Positions 23,837 to 37,287 of a DNA stretch of 64,000 bases are shown one piece after another. The position numbers were made by a program, and so were the translations under genes. Position 1 is the first letter of the stretch. The number at the start of each line of letters is the position of its first letter. Where the stretch lies: assembly GCA_977862235.1 (NCBI GenBank), contig OZ374565.1:744001-808000 (forward strand), written 5' to 3'. The DNA comes from Dudresnaya verticillata (Eukaryota). The notes under the pieces are model-generated. The model was not told the origin of the DNA. It searched no databases and was given only the letters and a program-made list of their open reading frames with translations.

Positions 23837-26690
23837 TTATGTTAGAGGGCCCATGCTTCTGGAAGGAGTCTTGGGACTCCCAAACAACCCTCGCTACATC
23901 ATCGCCTTTGAGCTTGCCGCACTCAAATTTCGCAAGCAATAGGCTTGAGAGTTTTCTCCTGAGCCTCAGCGTGAACACCTTGACCGTTTTTCTTCAAGCG
24001 CAAAGCTCTGACCACGTTTCATGAATATAAGAGAGCTATCCTGATCATGAAGGCATGAATGATGAAATACCAAAGAAGCGAAGAGGTTAGGCGCAGTTGC
24101 GGGAGCGGGGCAGCGGGAATGAAGACGGGTTGAGGGACAGAGGATGCAAGGCGTTACCTGAAAATACCGAAGTACGTCACAGCCTTTATTATTGGGTGAG
24201 GGCGCGCGCAAACCACGTGAGCTTTCAGGACAAGCACGCTCACGCACACAAACGCACGGAGATTTAGGGATAGGAAAACTGGTGCCAAATTTGCCTAAGC
24301 TACTCTCGGTAAATAATGTTGCGTGCGGAAAGTGGAGCGTTAATTAGTTGAACGTGCCAAAATGCATATATCTACGTCATTTTATGCTTGATATTTAATG
24401 GTTCAAAAACGACGCAACTTATGCCATATTAATACAATATTTGAAGATGGAAACTTTCCTGAACCTTTCGCCTTCAAAGATGTTTAAAAGAAAAGATTTT
24501 ATGGGCACACAGTTAAAGCACTACGCGAATCCGTTTTGGCCAACGATTCGACCCGTAGAAGACTGGTTCCTGCACAAGGCGTGACCTGGGCCTTGTTGTT
24601 ACGTGGACCCTTACCTGTAACCGTCTCCAAATATCACTGGATACCTCTCGTGATGTTCCAGTATGGCGCTTCAATATTTGTGACCATCGTAGGACTGCAA
24701 ATATAATACCTTCACCCTGTGCTCTGCCGTACGTGTCAGAGTCACGGTTCTCGTAACTTGGGCTTGCAGCCCAAAGCAGTCCTGGTTTGAGCCCTGTAAC
24801 AGAAAGTCACTGCTTCAGGTCTCCACTCGAGGTAACATTGTCAATAACTGCTCGCTTCTGAGATCTTCTGTGGAGTCATCAGGTTCTCCCAAACGCTGTG
24901 CGGGCATTACATTTATTGTGGGCACTATTATTCCTGGATAGTTATAGGAAAGAAGAGACAAATCGCACGAATGTCCGCGTGGGCGAAAAGACTTTCAAAT
25001 GTGTGTGGTGCTTATTATCATTTTAGCATTCCTTCGAGTGGTATGTCATAACTGAAGCTTTCCATTTTACATGCGGTACATCCTCTAACATGCTTATATA
25101 GTTGATAGTTCTGCGTCAACCGCAAGATCACACAGGAAGATAGATGGCTGGGGAATACGTTAACTAAATGCAATGTCTCAGAGGATGGTACTGACTTTCA
25201 AATCTATAAAACAGTGCCGTTTAGCCCAAAACGGTACTCTCATAAGTTAAATGGACCGAGACTACGATACGAGGTAGGTTTTTGCTTTCACACTAGACAC
25301 ATAGTATGATCGTTTGGGCTGTTTCCCTGCGGTTGGTTCCAGGACTGGAAGTTTGTGAAGCTTCCCACAGATTGACGTTCTCGCCGCCCGCCACTCCCGA
25401 TTGGACGCCAGCGCAGCCCCGTAACACCGCGCCGAGGAAGGTTTATCCGGGCCGCAGTCACCCAATTACTGCTACGGATGCACACTGCTGCATGACAGTT
25501 AAGATGCTCAGTTGGTATCTACATGCTGTAACGGATGGTGCAGAATTTTACTTGCCGGCTACATGCTTCCATTCTGATGTTTATCAACAAGCGGCAACGC
25601 GAAGGCAATGCAAAGCTGTCCTTCGTTCCCGCGCTCCACCAGGACATTACAGTCCTGCTACGGAGCCCACGGTTGAGCACAAAGCAGAGATCCTCTGCTT
25701 CTGAATGCTTCAGATATGATGAGTTCACCTGGTTAGAGTAGAGATGTAGAGATGTCTCCGTCGGGCACATTCGACCTATTACGTAAGGCGTTTTCCTACC
25801 ACGCCAGCAACAACGGTCTTTGCTGTGGCTCGCAGGACTGTGCGTTTCGGGCCGAAGCTTGCGCAATCGTTAGATGATTACAGTTCATTTACTCTATAAC
25901 GGCAGCCCTGCCAGATCCAGAGCTGGGTGCGGGACACAAACATACTCACAAATCAGCACTGCTAAATGACCTCACAATATCCCCTTACATTCCGTTAACC
26001 AAATCCATCGGCACTACCCTCACCAACCCACAATCAAGACGATTTTCTTAGCCATTATTTCATCACAAGGCCGGTCTGCAGTCCCAGCATAGCTCTGAGG
26101 TCGAGGATGAGGTTAAACGCACACCAGCGAACGGTTTGCTGCGTCTCGAAAACAAAAGATTGAAAACGGGTGTGACCGGCCGCTTCCTGTCGAGGAAGAA
26201 AGACGTCGGACGTCGGTCTAGAAAGAACAATGGGGGGCGTGGTGACGATCGACAGTCAGAGCTTTTCTCAGCGGCCCGTTTTCACAATATAATTTCAGAT
26301 AATTCCTTGATAAACGCTGAGGGCCATTGAGGGCCTCCCTTCATTGCCAGGACTGCATTCTTCTTCTTTATTCTTTCTCGCACCATTTCTGTTTCCCTGT
26401 TTCACACTTCTAGTGATCTTGTTGTGCTGATTCTCTTTGTCCCGCGCTTCCACGTGGATCTTTTCCCTCCTCTCACTTTAGTGATTGCTCTGGCAGCCTC
26501 GGGGGAAGAACGAGGCGTTCCTGCGTGCAATCCCAGTTTTAATTTCGCTTCACGGCTTCTTGCTTCCACTTGTACACGTCTCGATTTACCTTCCTTTATG
26601 TCACTTATCTCGGTCCGGAATATACCGTCTCGCAATCATGCCAAGCAGTATACCAAGGACGTCGCTCGAGACACCCTTGTTGCTCTTATA

Positions 26691-28768
26691 CAGTATTCTC
26701 TCGATAACAGGAACATTGTGGGAGACCAAGTACGGTTCCTATTATCGGGGGTTCCCCTTATCGAAGCGTATCATACCGGAGGATTGCTGACCAATCATTC
26801 ACGTCCCTCATAGCCTTTTTCGAAAAACATATCTATGGTCGTCTGTTTGGCGGCTTTGGTCGCCTCCAGCCGCGCTGACCTTTTCATCCTCCTCATGGTC
26901 GTCGAAAAGCTCGCGCTATCCAAACCAAACGACTGCGCCATCTCTTGATAAGCGCAAGTGCCTGAAGCTGCTCTCCGGTCCCTGGAAGTGCCCCAGAGTT
27001 CTCATCAGAACTTTCTTTGTTCTCTTCACGCGGTAAGCTGTCGGCCACAATAGACGCTACCAGACTTTCATCAGAAACGTTTTGTATTCAGTCATTCTCA
27101 CCTTCGGGATTCAATAAGTCGCCTATAGCAATCCTGCTCCTTGGCGGAACCATGTTAGCGACTTGCGCTTGAACATCAGCCAATATATCTTTCTCACTAA
27201 CCTGAACGTTTCCATCAATTTCCCCGCCCATTAACCCTGTATGGCGCCAGCGTTTAGAACAACCGACCGAGGGAGTTCATTCCAGGCCTCTTTAAGCCAC
27301 TTCATTGCCGTCGGCACATCAACCTTGTAAATGTTCCGAACTTCTGCGTCCATATTGTCCGTTGCATGTTCCATGTGCATCCTATTATATCACAACTTCA
27401 TCGCGGCAATTATGCCTGCATCCATGGGCTGTATTTTCGAAGTGCAGTTAGGCGGCAAGAAAATAACCTCCACGTTTGCCACCTTTGGCATCGACTCCTT
27501 TGAACCATCGGCACTGCAATTTTCAATAAGTAACAGCACTTTTCGGTCGGTCGTTTTTAATGTGCACCTGGAACCTCTCAAGCCATCCATAAAACAATTG
27601 CGTAGTCATCCATGCCTTCTTATTGGCATGATAGACAAAGCCAAGCTGGGTTCCTGACTTAGTTCTAAAGCAACGAGGCTTCTTTGCTTTCCCGATAACC
27701 ATGAGTTCTATTCTCTCCGTGCCATCTGCATTTGCGCACGGTATAAAACGTAATTCGGTCTTTAGCCTTTTTTCTCCCTGGAAGGCGCTCTGTAGCGATC
27801 GTCGTCTCTGGGGCCATACAATAAGACAGCCCACACTCTTCGGCGTTGAAAACGTCACTTGGTGCGTATTTTGCAACGGAGCTTTGAAGCTTCAGCAGTT
27901 CGCGTTCCAAAGCATTCTCGTCAGCATCCCCATTACTCGCCATGCAATTTAAAAACCCGGAGATTCCAGCGCCCTTTAAATTTATCAAACCAACTCTCAG
28001 AGAAACTCAGGTTCATTTGTTTCTCTGGAGGAATTTCTTCATTGGCCAATTGCTGGAGACTTTTCGCTTTGTGGGCAGCATTTGCCCATTAATATTCACT
28101 ATCCTCCCTTGTTGCTCGCAAACCCATTCGAAAAGGGCTTGCTCAAGGACCACATTTTTCCCTGGTCTTACTCGCTTTTGTTTCGCTATTTTGCGTGCTG
28201 TTGAGACCTTTAAGGCCTCAGCCATGGCAAAAAGCCTTGACATATCGGCCTTGCTGGGAGGTTTGGCCATCTTAAGGGTTACCTTCGCCCATTCATACAG
28301 CACGTTCTGTGACGCATTTTCTCCTTCCTGTGCATGGAGGTCCCGCTCATCCACAATTTTTCTTTTGCAGAAGCGTCATAGTGTGTCCCATTTTGTTGCC
28401 TTGGAAACGGTCTGGACTGCGTGCTTCGGTAACGTGATGGGGGGATGCAACGATAATTTTGTGATTTTGTATATGAAACATGTGCTCTATAGAAAGCTTA
28501 ACAGCTCAACGATTATTACAATGCTTTACATCAAGGATCGAGTGACGTTTTTACTTTCGCAACGGCTGACTGGTCGAAGGGCTGCAAAACCCTGCTATTT
28601 GCCCTTCTGTATAAGCAAGGGAGTCCGTTTGTGGTTCCGTTTAAGGAGAGCGGAACTAGAGTACTTTCTTAATTAAAATATCCCCATTCCCGTTCCGGGA
28701 AATCAGCTTCGGTTCCGTTTATCGTACGGTTCCTTTTATCGGGGGTACCGCTTATCGAGAGAATACTG
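26691..28768 (-). mobile_element. pogo/Tigger-like (Tc1/mariner superfamily) DNA transposon, 2,078 bp, decayed
   Basis: Perfect 17-bp terminal inverted repeats CAGTATTCTCTCGATAA (26691-26707 and 28752-28768) with TA on both flanks; transposase remnants inside. Confidence 0.93.
26810..28440 (-). pseudogene. pogo/Tigger transposase (CENP-B-type HTH plus DDE_1-like catalytic domain), multiply frameshifted
   Basis: LEQALFEWV..., DVFNAEECGL...GRKKAKDRIT, CANADGTERIELMVIGKAKKPRCF...NKKAWMT, KVLLLIENCSA...FLPPNCTSKIQPMDAGII. Ends approximate. Confidence 0.88.
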
Positions 28769-31700
28769 TACACGCCACAGCTGATTTCATTTCCACATCC
28801 GCTTCTTTTTTGGACAAAGCCGTTGACCTTAAAAGAACCGACAATTTAAATACCTTGCTAAATACGCTTCCCACTCTTCCACGTGCCAGTGCCTTCCTCC
28901 CTACGTTCGAGAACAAAAAAGGTTCAAATCACTCCTACGTCTTTTCAGTGAGCTCCCTGGACTTATTACTACGACTTCTCCCGCTGCTGATGCTGTCGTC
29001 GGACTGAATCTACCAATAGGCCGAAAACAGACACGCCGAAAATGGGATGCACTGCTCAATCGGAAGGTGGAACGTCGAAACCGAAAGCGTTGAGTCAAAG
29101 CAGACAGTTTACTTGCCGCGTGCTTTTCCCTCCCGCTTCCCACACCGCAAAAGCCTATTGCGCAGCAGTGCAGAAACTTGGGAGAAGAAAAACATACGCG
29201 TAACCACAAACTCGCAGAGCTGCGCCTGCTGGCTTACTGATAAGCCCGTATCCGAGCCCAGCCCCGCCCGCGATGGCAGCCTTGCCACACTACTCTGTTC
29301 AATTCAGCTCTCTTTGGTCGCGTACCCCAGTGCGCGCCAAAGTCATTACAAAACATTGCTCCTGTCGTGAGCACGACCCCTGCATTCGCAGCCGCCGCGA
29401 TGAGCATTACTCGCGCGCCCGAACGCGGGCATTCTGGTCCAACGCCGACTGAGTGCCGTGTCCGTTTCCCTTCACACTTCAGAGCCTACGCCGAGAAGTC
29501 TCCGTGTGCGCATGTGCCCTTTTGCAGTAGTTACCTACTGTGCAGTTTCGATGTACTGTATTCCAGCAATGAATCCAGCGATGTGTACTCCCGTGTCCCC
29601 GTCGGTTCGTATGGGCTGTCGTCGCTGCCCCACTCGGTCATTGCCCTCCGCAGTTGGTGCGTCCAACTACAGATGCGCCCTGTCAATCTTACCTCACAGC
29701 TGTGGCTCGTGGGTAGGAAACCGAAACCCGTTCACCAGCTTCCGCTCCTTGGCCGTCGAAGGTCTCACTGCCTATAACCATTTTGGCCCTTCCGTACTAT
29801 CAACTAAGTTCGAGAGTTCAGTTCTTTGAACTAACCGTCTACTATTTGATGGCCACCAGAAGCGATTTGTCGCCATTCGCAGAGCTGCGGGTGACCCCTC
29901 CTTGTCTCCCCAGCTCAATTTCGGAAGGTACTCAAGCAAGGCGGCTTCCCCCGTTCTTGTGAAATCTTCCTCTCGGGGGACCCTTCCGTGTTTTACGTTT
30001 GCGCATCAATTCGAGATTTTACGAACACTGAGGCTGATTAGACCTCTTTAAGTGCCCTTGCAATGGATTTTGACAACTTCTCCGCCCCCAAGCCTAATGT
30101 CTCTCTTCCCGACTAACTTCGTACCGTACTAACGGATTCGGATGTCTATATCGGAACCTAAGGCACGTGTATTGCGATACGTGTACAATGTTTTTGAGCA
30201 TCTGGAAGGGATGGGCTACGGTAACGTCAAGTCCCGGAACCCGAAGGAGACATCCAAGCTGCACCAGGAACACTTGGCGACTGCTTCCTTGATAGCGGTA
30301 CTGTGTTCTTAGCTGAAGTACCGACCAGGTCTTGCCAAGAACGTTTATGGCTACGCTGCTCAGCTGCGCACAGAAGCAGTCATCCAAGCTCGTGTTCAGG
30401 CCCACAAGGCACATGAAGACAAATTTAGGCCTAGCGCAGGAAAGGGTTCTAATAGTATCCGCAAAAAAGGGGAGCAATAGTGCACAATATTCCTGCAGTA
30501 ATGGAAACGCAAAAGATTTAGCAGGTAAGGGAAAATGCCCTGATCTGCTGCCTCTGAATTCAAGGGTAAAGGCACGTACCACAAGGGTGGTGTCTAATAC
30601 TCTCCAGATATGAGTCCTAACAGAGCTAAAGAGCTGATTGGTGAGTTTAAGGATCCCCGTATGACTAGTTCAAGACAGGTAGCGGGACCCAAACTACATA
30701 ATAGACCTGATCAGGCAATCTATACTGTGATGGGTGTCACGTTTGTGGGAAAGTTCTCTATTGGCTTTGTGCGAACAGAACTTTGGACACAAATTACTAC
30801 CCCCGCAGGTTTTATCGAACATCCGGAGAAGATAGCAACGATAACAGTGAAGGCGTGTAGTGCTCCCCGTCTGTTTTACCTAGCAGCGTCAGAGTTTTTT
30901 CCTGCGACCGTGCGATATTGCTTAGTACAGAACTTCAAAAGCTCCATGGAACGTTTTTTGGTAAGGCCCTTGCGCTAAGTGGTTGTTATCGAACGTTTGG
31001 ACGCGTTGCTACTCGGTAGACTTATCCAAGAGGCGTTACGTCTGGACAGAAAGCGGATTCTGTCCGCTGCTTGAGACAGACACCGTGATAAAATGGATAC
31101 TGTAGACTTCATAGGAGAAGACTATCCGATTGGATATATTGCGTGGATTATCTGGTCGGGCCTTTATTATTCGGACTTATCTGTAGATGGGGATAAAGTT
31201 TCTGATGTTTGGAAGCATAAATCTGAACGGGGCATAGATATCTCAGAAGAATTGGATGAGGCTCTTACGGGGATGCTATCAGCAGCATTGGAAAGGGTAT
31301 ATCCTCTAGTGGTACTCCGGAGCTCAATGCACTGTTCCGAGAGTACGAATATGTTCTCCGGTTGCAATTGTGATCAGAACTGGTTGCTAAGGTTGCGCTC
31401 ATGCGCGTATTCATCAAGCCCGGTTATATCATGTATCTGAAACGGTTAACGCTATCCTTCGGAGCAGCGATATTACGTGAAACGCCTGATACATAACCTT
31501 GTTTGACATGGAAAAGCCGAGTAGGGAAGCAGAGCGGACATCGCTACCGCATTTCGTGCCGAAATCTGGCGCGCATAAGTAACACCTTACTTTTTATTGG
31601 CCGGAGATAAATCAGTGTACTCAAGCCATGGCGTGGTCGATGCAACCTATCTACTTCGAGCTTCTCGACTTTGCAGGCAGCCCATCCTTCATGAGCATCG

Positions 31701-34588
31701 AGTGTTGTGTTGGCTACTAGCAATTTCCATCGCATAAGGACAGTCAAGATTCAAATAGCATCGTGACACCCAGAGGTATACGCAAGCCTACCAGGACCCT
31801 AAAATGCGGTATCAAAGCGGTCCAAAGCTTTTAGTAATGCTTCGGGCCGCGTTTTCAGACTGTGGGACCAGCTGTCAAGGCCTGGATAGATGGCTTTGGT
31901 GTTCATTCAGATTCACAAGTTCTGCTGCTGCAGGTACGGAAATTCTTCATTCTTTTCTAGGAACGTAGTATACATATCTCTACTAAACATACAGTCTTAT
32001 ATGACAATAAATGCAGTGGTGTGGCTATATCAAAAATTACGATGGCGTAAGATGTGACCCTCGGCGAGCCATTGGGCTAAAGGGGGTTCTTTCCAGTTAC
32101 AGCAACAGAAGTTTTGCAGTTGATCACCTGCTTACAGTGCGTGTCTACGTTCATACCGGATTTTGCTAGCAGAGTTGCTCTGTTGAGAAAAGTGCAGGAC
32201 GACGCGTGCATAAAGTCGGGAAAATGGTCGTCGCGTTCGATAAAGCATTCGACATTCCTCACTGTCCTGGGGGCCTATACATAGGATTGGGTTGGATGAT
32301 GTCCAGGAACAACTTCGTAACACTATCAAGCTCAATCATCGTGAGCAGTCCAAGGAATTATGTATTTTCTCGGATGCATCGCACGAGCACTGGGTTGCTG
32401 TAGTCACTCAATGTGATGCGGGATGTCTAAATCTCCCCTAGGAGCGCAGAAACACCAACTATTATCCTGCATTGGATGCGCTTTTAATGAGACAGCAGAA
32501 TGGCAGTACGTTTGAGCGGGAGGACTACGATTTATTCCAGGCATTTGAGGAAATGTACTACATGCTTGCGTGTGACTTGAACATACACTTCTTCACAGCT
32601 CATAGAAATCTACTGTTTGTTTACAACCCGTCCGCTTTGAATCCCGTCTTGGGCGCGTATATTGTCACCAAAGTGTGGAGATAAGTGCTATTTCTATCGT
32701 GGCTTTTTTATAGCCGTGCGGTATCGCCCACCACTGTAGTGGTGGACACAGCAAGCTTCGTGATATTCGACACTGGCTCGTACGCGCACACTGTTGCAAC
32801 ACGGCACTCGCATTACAGGGACTGACACCACCGCGGACGGACATGGCGCACTATACGTAACTTGCCATACGCGCCTGACGTCATGTCATACTCCTAGGCC
32901 AATGCCACCCGCAACACGCATTTCGCATTCGCAACCCTCGCATCACGCCAACTTCGCTCGATCGCTTGCCTCGGAGCAGTGCCCGTGCCGCCTCACCCCC
33001 TTTCCGAAGCCCCAGAGCCCCCCATGCTTCTCGCTGCACGAGAAATAGCAGAGTAACTCGAATAGTTTCGAGTTGGTTGACTGTAGAGGACCTGGTCATG
33101 CCCCCTTACGAGAATTGATTTTGTTGGGCCTTCTTTGGAAATCGTACGAGCATCGCAAGTAAATGTAGAGCAGGTCATCGTCCCAGTGACCTTTCCTATA
33201 ATGAAGATGATGGCATACGGCGGAAGAACGACCTCCTATGGATTCCATCTTCATATATTGACCTGAAGATTACATTACTATTCCTCGCACGCTGTGGTTC
33301 TGCAGGACATCGCGGAACTGATTACAATACGAGTATTCTTCAGGTGCAGGAGGAGTACAATTCGGAGTCGATGTATAACGACTTTCATAAGGTGGATTCC
33401 AATTGCTTACATTGTATCATTGTGTAAGGTAGTGCCTTTTAGGTCTCTAAAAAACGCAAAGAGTACAACTTCCCCAGGGTAGCGCAGAGCAAGTCCTTGG
33501 TAGCAGTGGTAGAAAGGAAACCCCCAGAACCGAACACAACAATTGTAACTTTAAAGGAAGCACCTCATCGTATCCGTTCATTGGGCGGGCGGATAACCGG
33601 GCGCGGGAAACGAGTGCTCTTCGATGCCGATGCCGATGGCTTTGAAAGGGGTTTCGGGGGGAAGGTTTCCTCCTTTTACATTGCAGTAGTTGCCACGATG
33701 GTTCACTTTATACTGGTCACAGGTTACTATCTCGGCCTCTCGCACTGCTTCTGAGGGCTATGAAAAAGGCGCGCCTACAGTAATCACAAATAGCCACAAA
33801 AATAATACTAGATGTGTCCTGAAATGGACCACTTTTCAGTTACCTAGAGGGTCACTTCAAATCTCGATCTCAGCCGCAGTCCCGTCACCCTGGAATCGTT
33901 CCACGCCGCTTCTGTAAGCCTTTCACTGAATCAAACGTATCGAAGAGCGGTCTCCGGATACCGAGACTATTCCGACACCAATTTAACTTGCGCTTCATAG
34001 AACCGCTTTAAATGAAGTCATGCACTTCGATTTCCCCTTTACGCGTATCGCATCAGATGGGTTTTTCTATGTGCAGCTGATACGAGATGACTTGTCTCTC
34101 TATCTTTGGCTTTGCTCGAGTACTGATGCCAAGATGTTCCGTTTTGTAGCGGACAACGTCTGCAGGTAGATTCGAGTGTTCACAGGTATGGAGTGTTCAC
34201 AGCTATGGAGTATCGGGTGGGCGACCAAGGTTTTCTCTTTACGAATAAAGTAGTGGCGGGCTTGGCGAAAACGTAGAGGATTCAGAATGAATTTAATGTA
34301 TGATATTCACGGTGGGTGAGTGGCCCAGTGGAGGTGTGCATGAGACACGGCCGAGCTGCAGCTGGGACCTCAAGACTGGCCCCTCGTCACCGAAATGGAT
34401 ATGTCAGCTTTGAATGAGGCGCCTCTGAAAAGGTTGAGGAAACAACGCGATGGTACATACCATACAACTCTTGAAGTAGTAATAGGAACCAGACCCCGAC
34501 GGGGAACTATATAATGAAGCCTGATACAGTTCACGGTCCTGTTGAGGATGGTGCACTTTGAGTAAGGTAACTTATAAATATTGATGAG

Positions 34589-35190
34589 GTGCAACAGGCT
34601 GTAGAGTTGATGCATAAGGATGTTTCGCCTCGCGTGGAAGCCAATAGAAGGAAACATGTCCAGGAGCACAACAAACGGAAAAACCTCGTCACACTCAACA
34701 TCGAAATTGGGGACTTTTTTGGTTGTTCACCGAGCTCAAGACCGTGGACATCAGATAACTTTCAGATGGATTGGCCCCGTCGTGTTTCACACATCATTGG
34801 ACATACGTTTTATGAGATCTCTGGTATAGTTCATGACAAACCTGAAATTGTCCATGCTTCTAGGATGCAACTGCATCTCGCAAATTTGGACGGTGCTGAG
34901 GTTTTTGAGAAGGTGCCTCGCTGAACAGAACGAATTGGATCTAGACCTAAGATGGTTGAGAACCTATTGGACATCGGAGAGCCGGATGATGTTTGTGGCA
35001 CAATGTTCTATATGTGCAATTCCAATGAGTTCGTCAGCCAGGTAAGGTCGACTGGAAATGGCAGCCAATTACAGAGCTGTATAAAGACCTTCCTGAAAAG
35101 GTTCAGGCACCCCAGCGCAATACGCGCAAAGAAAAGCTCGAAATCACACCCAGAAAGCGCGCAAATGCCCTCGCCGATATACTTCAGCGT
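34589..35190 (+). pseudogene. Decayed Ty3/Gypsy integrase C-terminus (GPY/F-like) and chromodomain-like remnant
   Basis: Across frames: NIEIGDFLVVHR...ITFRWIGPRRVSHII...EIVHASRM, then VENLLDIGE and WQPITELYKDLP. Confidence 0.6.
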
Positions 35191-35669
35191 ATGCAGTGGC
35201 CTTGTAAAGAACTGTTAGAAACAGGACAAGCGGAGAGCTTCAAGTTTAGAATAGTACAGTTGAGTTTTGAATGGTACCCCATTCGGACCAGGCCCTCTGG
35301 CTCGTTTTTGTGCTCTCGATCTGAACAGCAGAAAAAAGCAGTAGATAAATACGCTTTCCTTCCATTAACATAGGATGGAGAGCTTTTAGGCCACGTAGTT
35401 GGATAATTTCGACAAACTGGAGTTTGCAAGATGACTTTAGGTCCTTTTCTTTTCAGGTGGCAGCAGAAGGACAGAGCTGCTTACAGGTACAGCCAGTCAT
35501 ATTGGGCTCACTCTACTGGTCTGTACTCGCCAATCTCACTTTCCTCACTGGGGTCCAGAATAGAGGTCACAGTGAAATACTAAATCCTACAGTGCGTGGA
35601 GATAGTTATTTGCATTCGCGGACTTATAAACGGAGTTCTGGAACGGAAGTGCCGGAAGAGGTGGATCTT

Positions 35670-35931
35670 TGTGATGGCTCGAGGGGAACTACGAGCCAGG
35701 TGACTTGCGATAACCTACAGGGTGAAGGCCAAAGCTTCGGCTGCGATGCCGGGGGTCTACTGAGAGGGATCGTCCGTGGCGGAGTAAATACTACTGCACC
35801 GCGATGAAGTAAGCGACGGCGGCGCGTTCCTGACACGTGGCCACGTGGCCACGTGGCGGACGCCGTGAGAGAATCCTCAAAGAGGTACTATCAGGTACGG
35901 GGCAGATAATAGCCATGCGCAGCTGGCCACA
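35670..35931 (-). repeat. 3' LTR of element F
   Basis: Direct repeat of 39068-39329, about 29 mismatches by eye (roughly 89% identity). Minus-strand GAAAGAGGGGAG PPT at 35932-35943. Confidence 0.9.
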
Positions 35932-37287
35932 CTCCCCTCTTTCAAGGCGCAAGGAGGCTTCGAGCTTTCTCAGCCAAACCATTCGGAGTGTTCTTGCGCT
36001 GAAGACGGTGGAGTAGCGGCGTCAGCACATCCTCGGTGACGTGCGTTGACGGCTCTTGGGTAATTTTTGTGACTGCATTCTTCCAATCCGGCGTAGCTTG
36101 CGCCGGAGAAGGGCGGGCTTCGTGCAAACACCCTTGTCGTCTTGTATTCCGACGAGAACGGTTGTACCTTCCGTGAAGGTTTGCGGCTCTCCAAGAGAGA
36201 CGGTGGATTGCGTGCGGTGTGCGTGCTTGCGCACAAGATCCGTAGGGCATTCTTTAGACTCAGGGAGGACACCAATTCGGACCGATGCTCGACGACAGCG
36301 GTCGTGCGCGCGAGCCATGATGGTTCCGCCGTACTCGGGTAAATTCCATGCCGTTCGGAGTAGGATATTGCATGATACCAAAGTTTTCGTGACGATAGAT
36401 ACCGTATTGGAGTTCCATGATGGGTAGAGCCGGATATTGCGCGTTCCGTCGCGGATGAAGGTCGTAAGCGGGTGCATCGGTGTAAGCGCATCTCGATTCA
36501 CACCGTAGCGGGTAGGGGACGGCGCAGTGTAGGGGATCGATGATTGTACCCGAGGAACTACACCGAGTGCGGAAGGGCCGAACGGGCGGGGTGTACTCCC
36601 CCTATGACTGCCAATGGACAGACGATAAATTCCCGAGCGGAGGACCTGGAGGCCGCAGGCCAAGGCAGAAGGGCCTGCAATTCCGTTACGATTGAGGTGC
36701 GGCCATCTTGACCGAGTTCCGGCGGTGTCTCCAAGAGATGAGCGCGGCGAAGAAAGTCCGTATCGGAGTTGGTAATGAAATTAGAACCGTTACGGAGTAT
36801 TCAGTAATCGCCAAATGGGAGATTCTTTCTCGACCAGTCGTAGGCGCGGAAGAGCTTGGCGTCGAAGAGGGCCGGTGGGAGCGGCCAGGTGAGTTCCGTT
36901 TCTTTAATGCATAGGCCATCACCGTGTCGGAGTGAATGTCGGGCTCGGCATGGGACTTGCCATCCTAGAAGGGTATGCGGTCCCGCTATTTGTCGAAGAC
37001 ACACCGTGACGCTTGTTGTGTCCGTGGTAGGCTCATGGATGAGCTTTGAGTGTAGATATGTGCGTACAGCACAGAATCCGTTTCGGAATGGTAGGTGTTG
37101 ACTGACCAGGAGATCATGTTTCTCCGTGCGGTGTTGGGCCAGTATGCCTTGGTCCGGTATGTTGAACGTTGTGATTTCACCTCCGTCATGGATTGAGTCA
37201 CAGTCGTCGAGGTGTGGGGGCGGTGGCAGAAAAGTACCGGGTAGAAGGTCTTGGTCATTCCGATCGGTGTCGTCGAGGATGTGCACA

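Noticed and set aside
22300..26690. Possible host gene or transposase in this interval
   Set aside because: Only short ORFs with no recognisable motifs or termini; left unannotated.
34174..34211. 17-bp tandem duplication GAGTGTTCACAG[G/C]TATG
   Set aside because: A small two-copy duplication with no context suggesting function.
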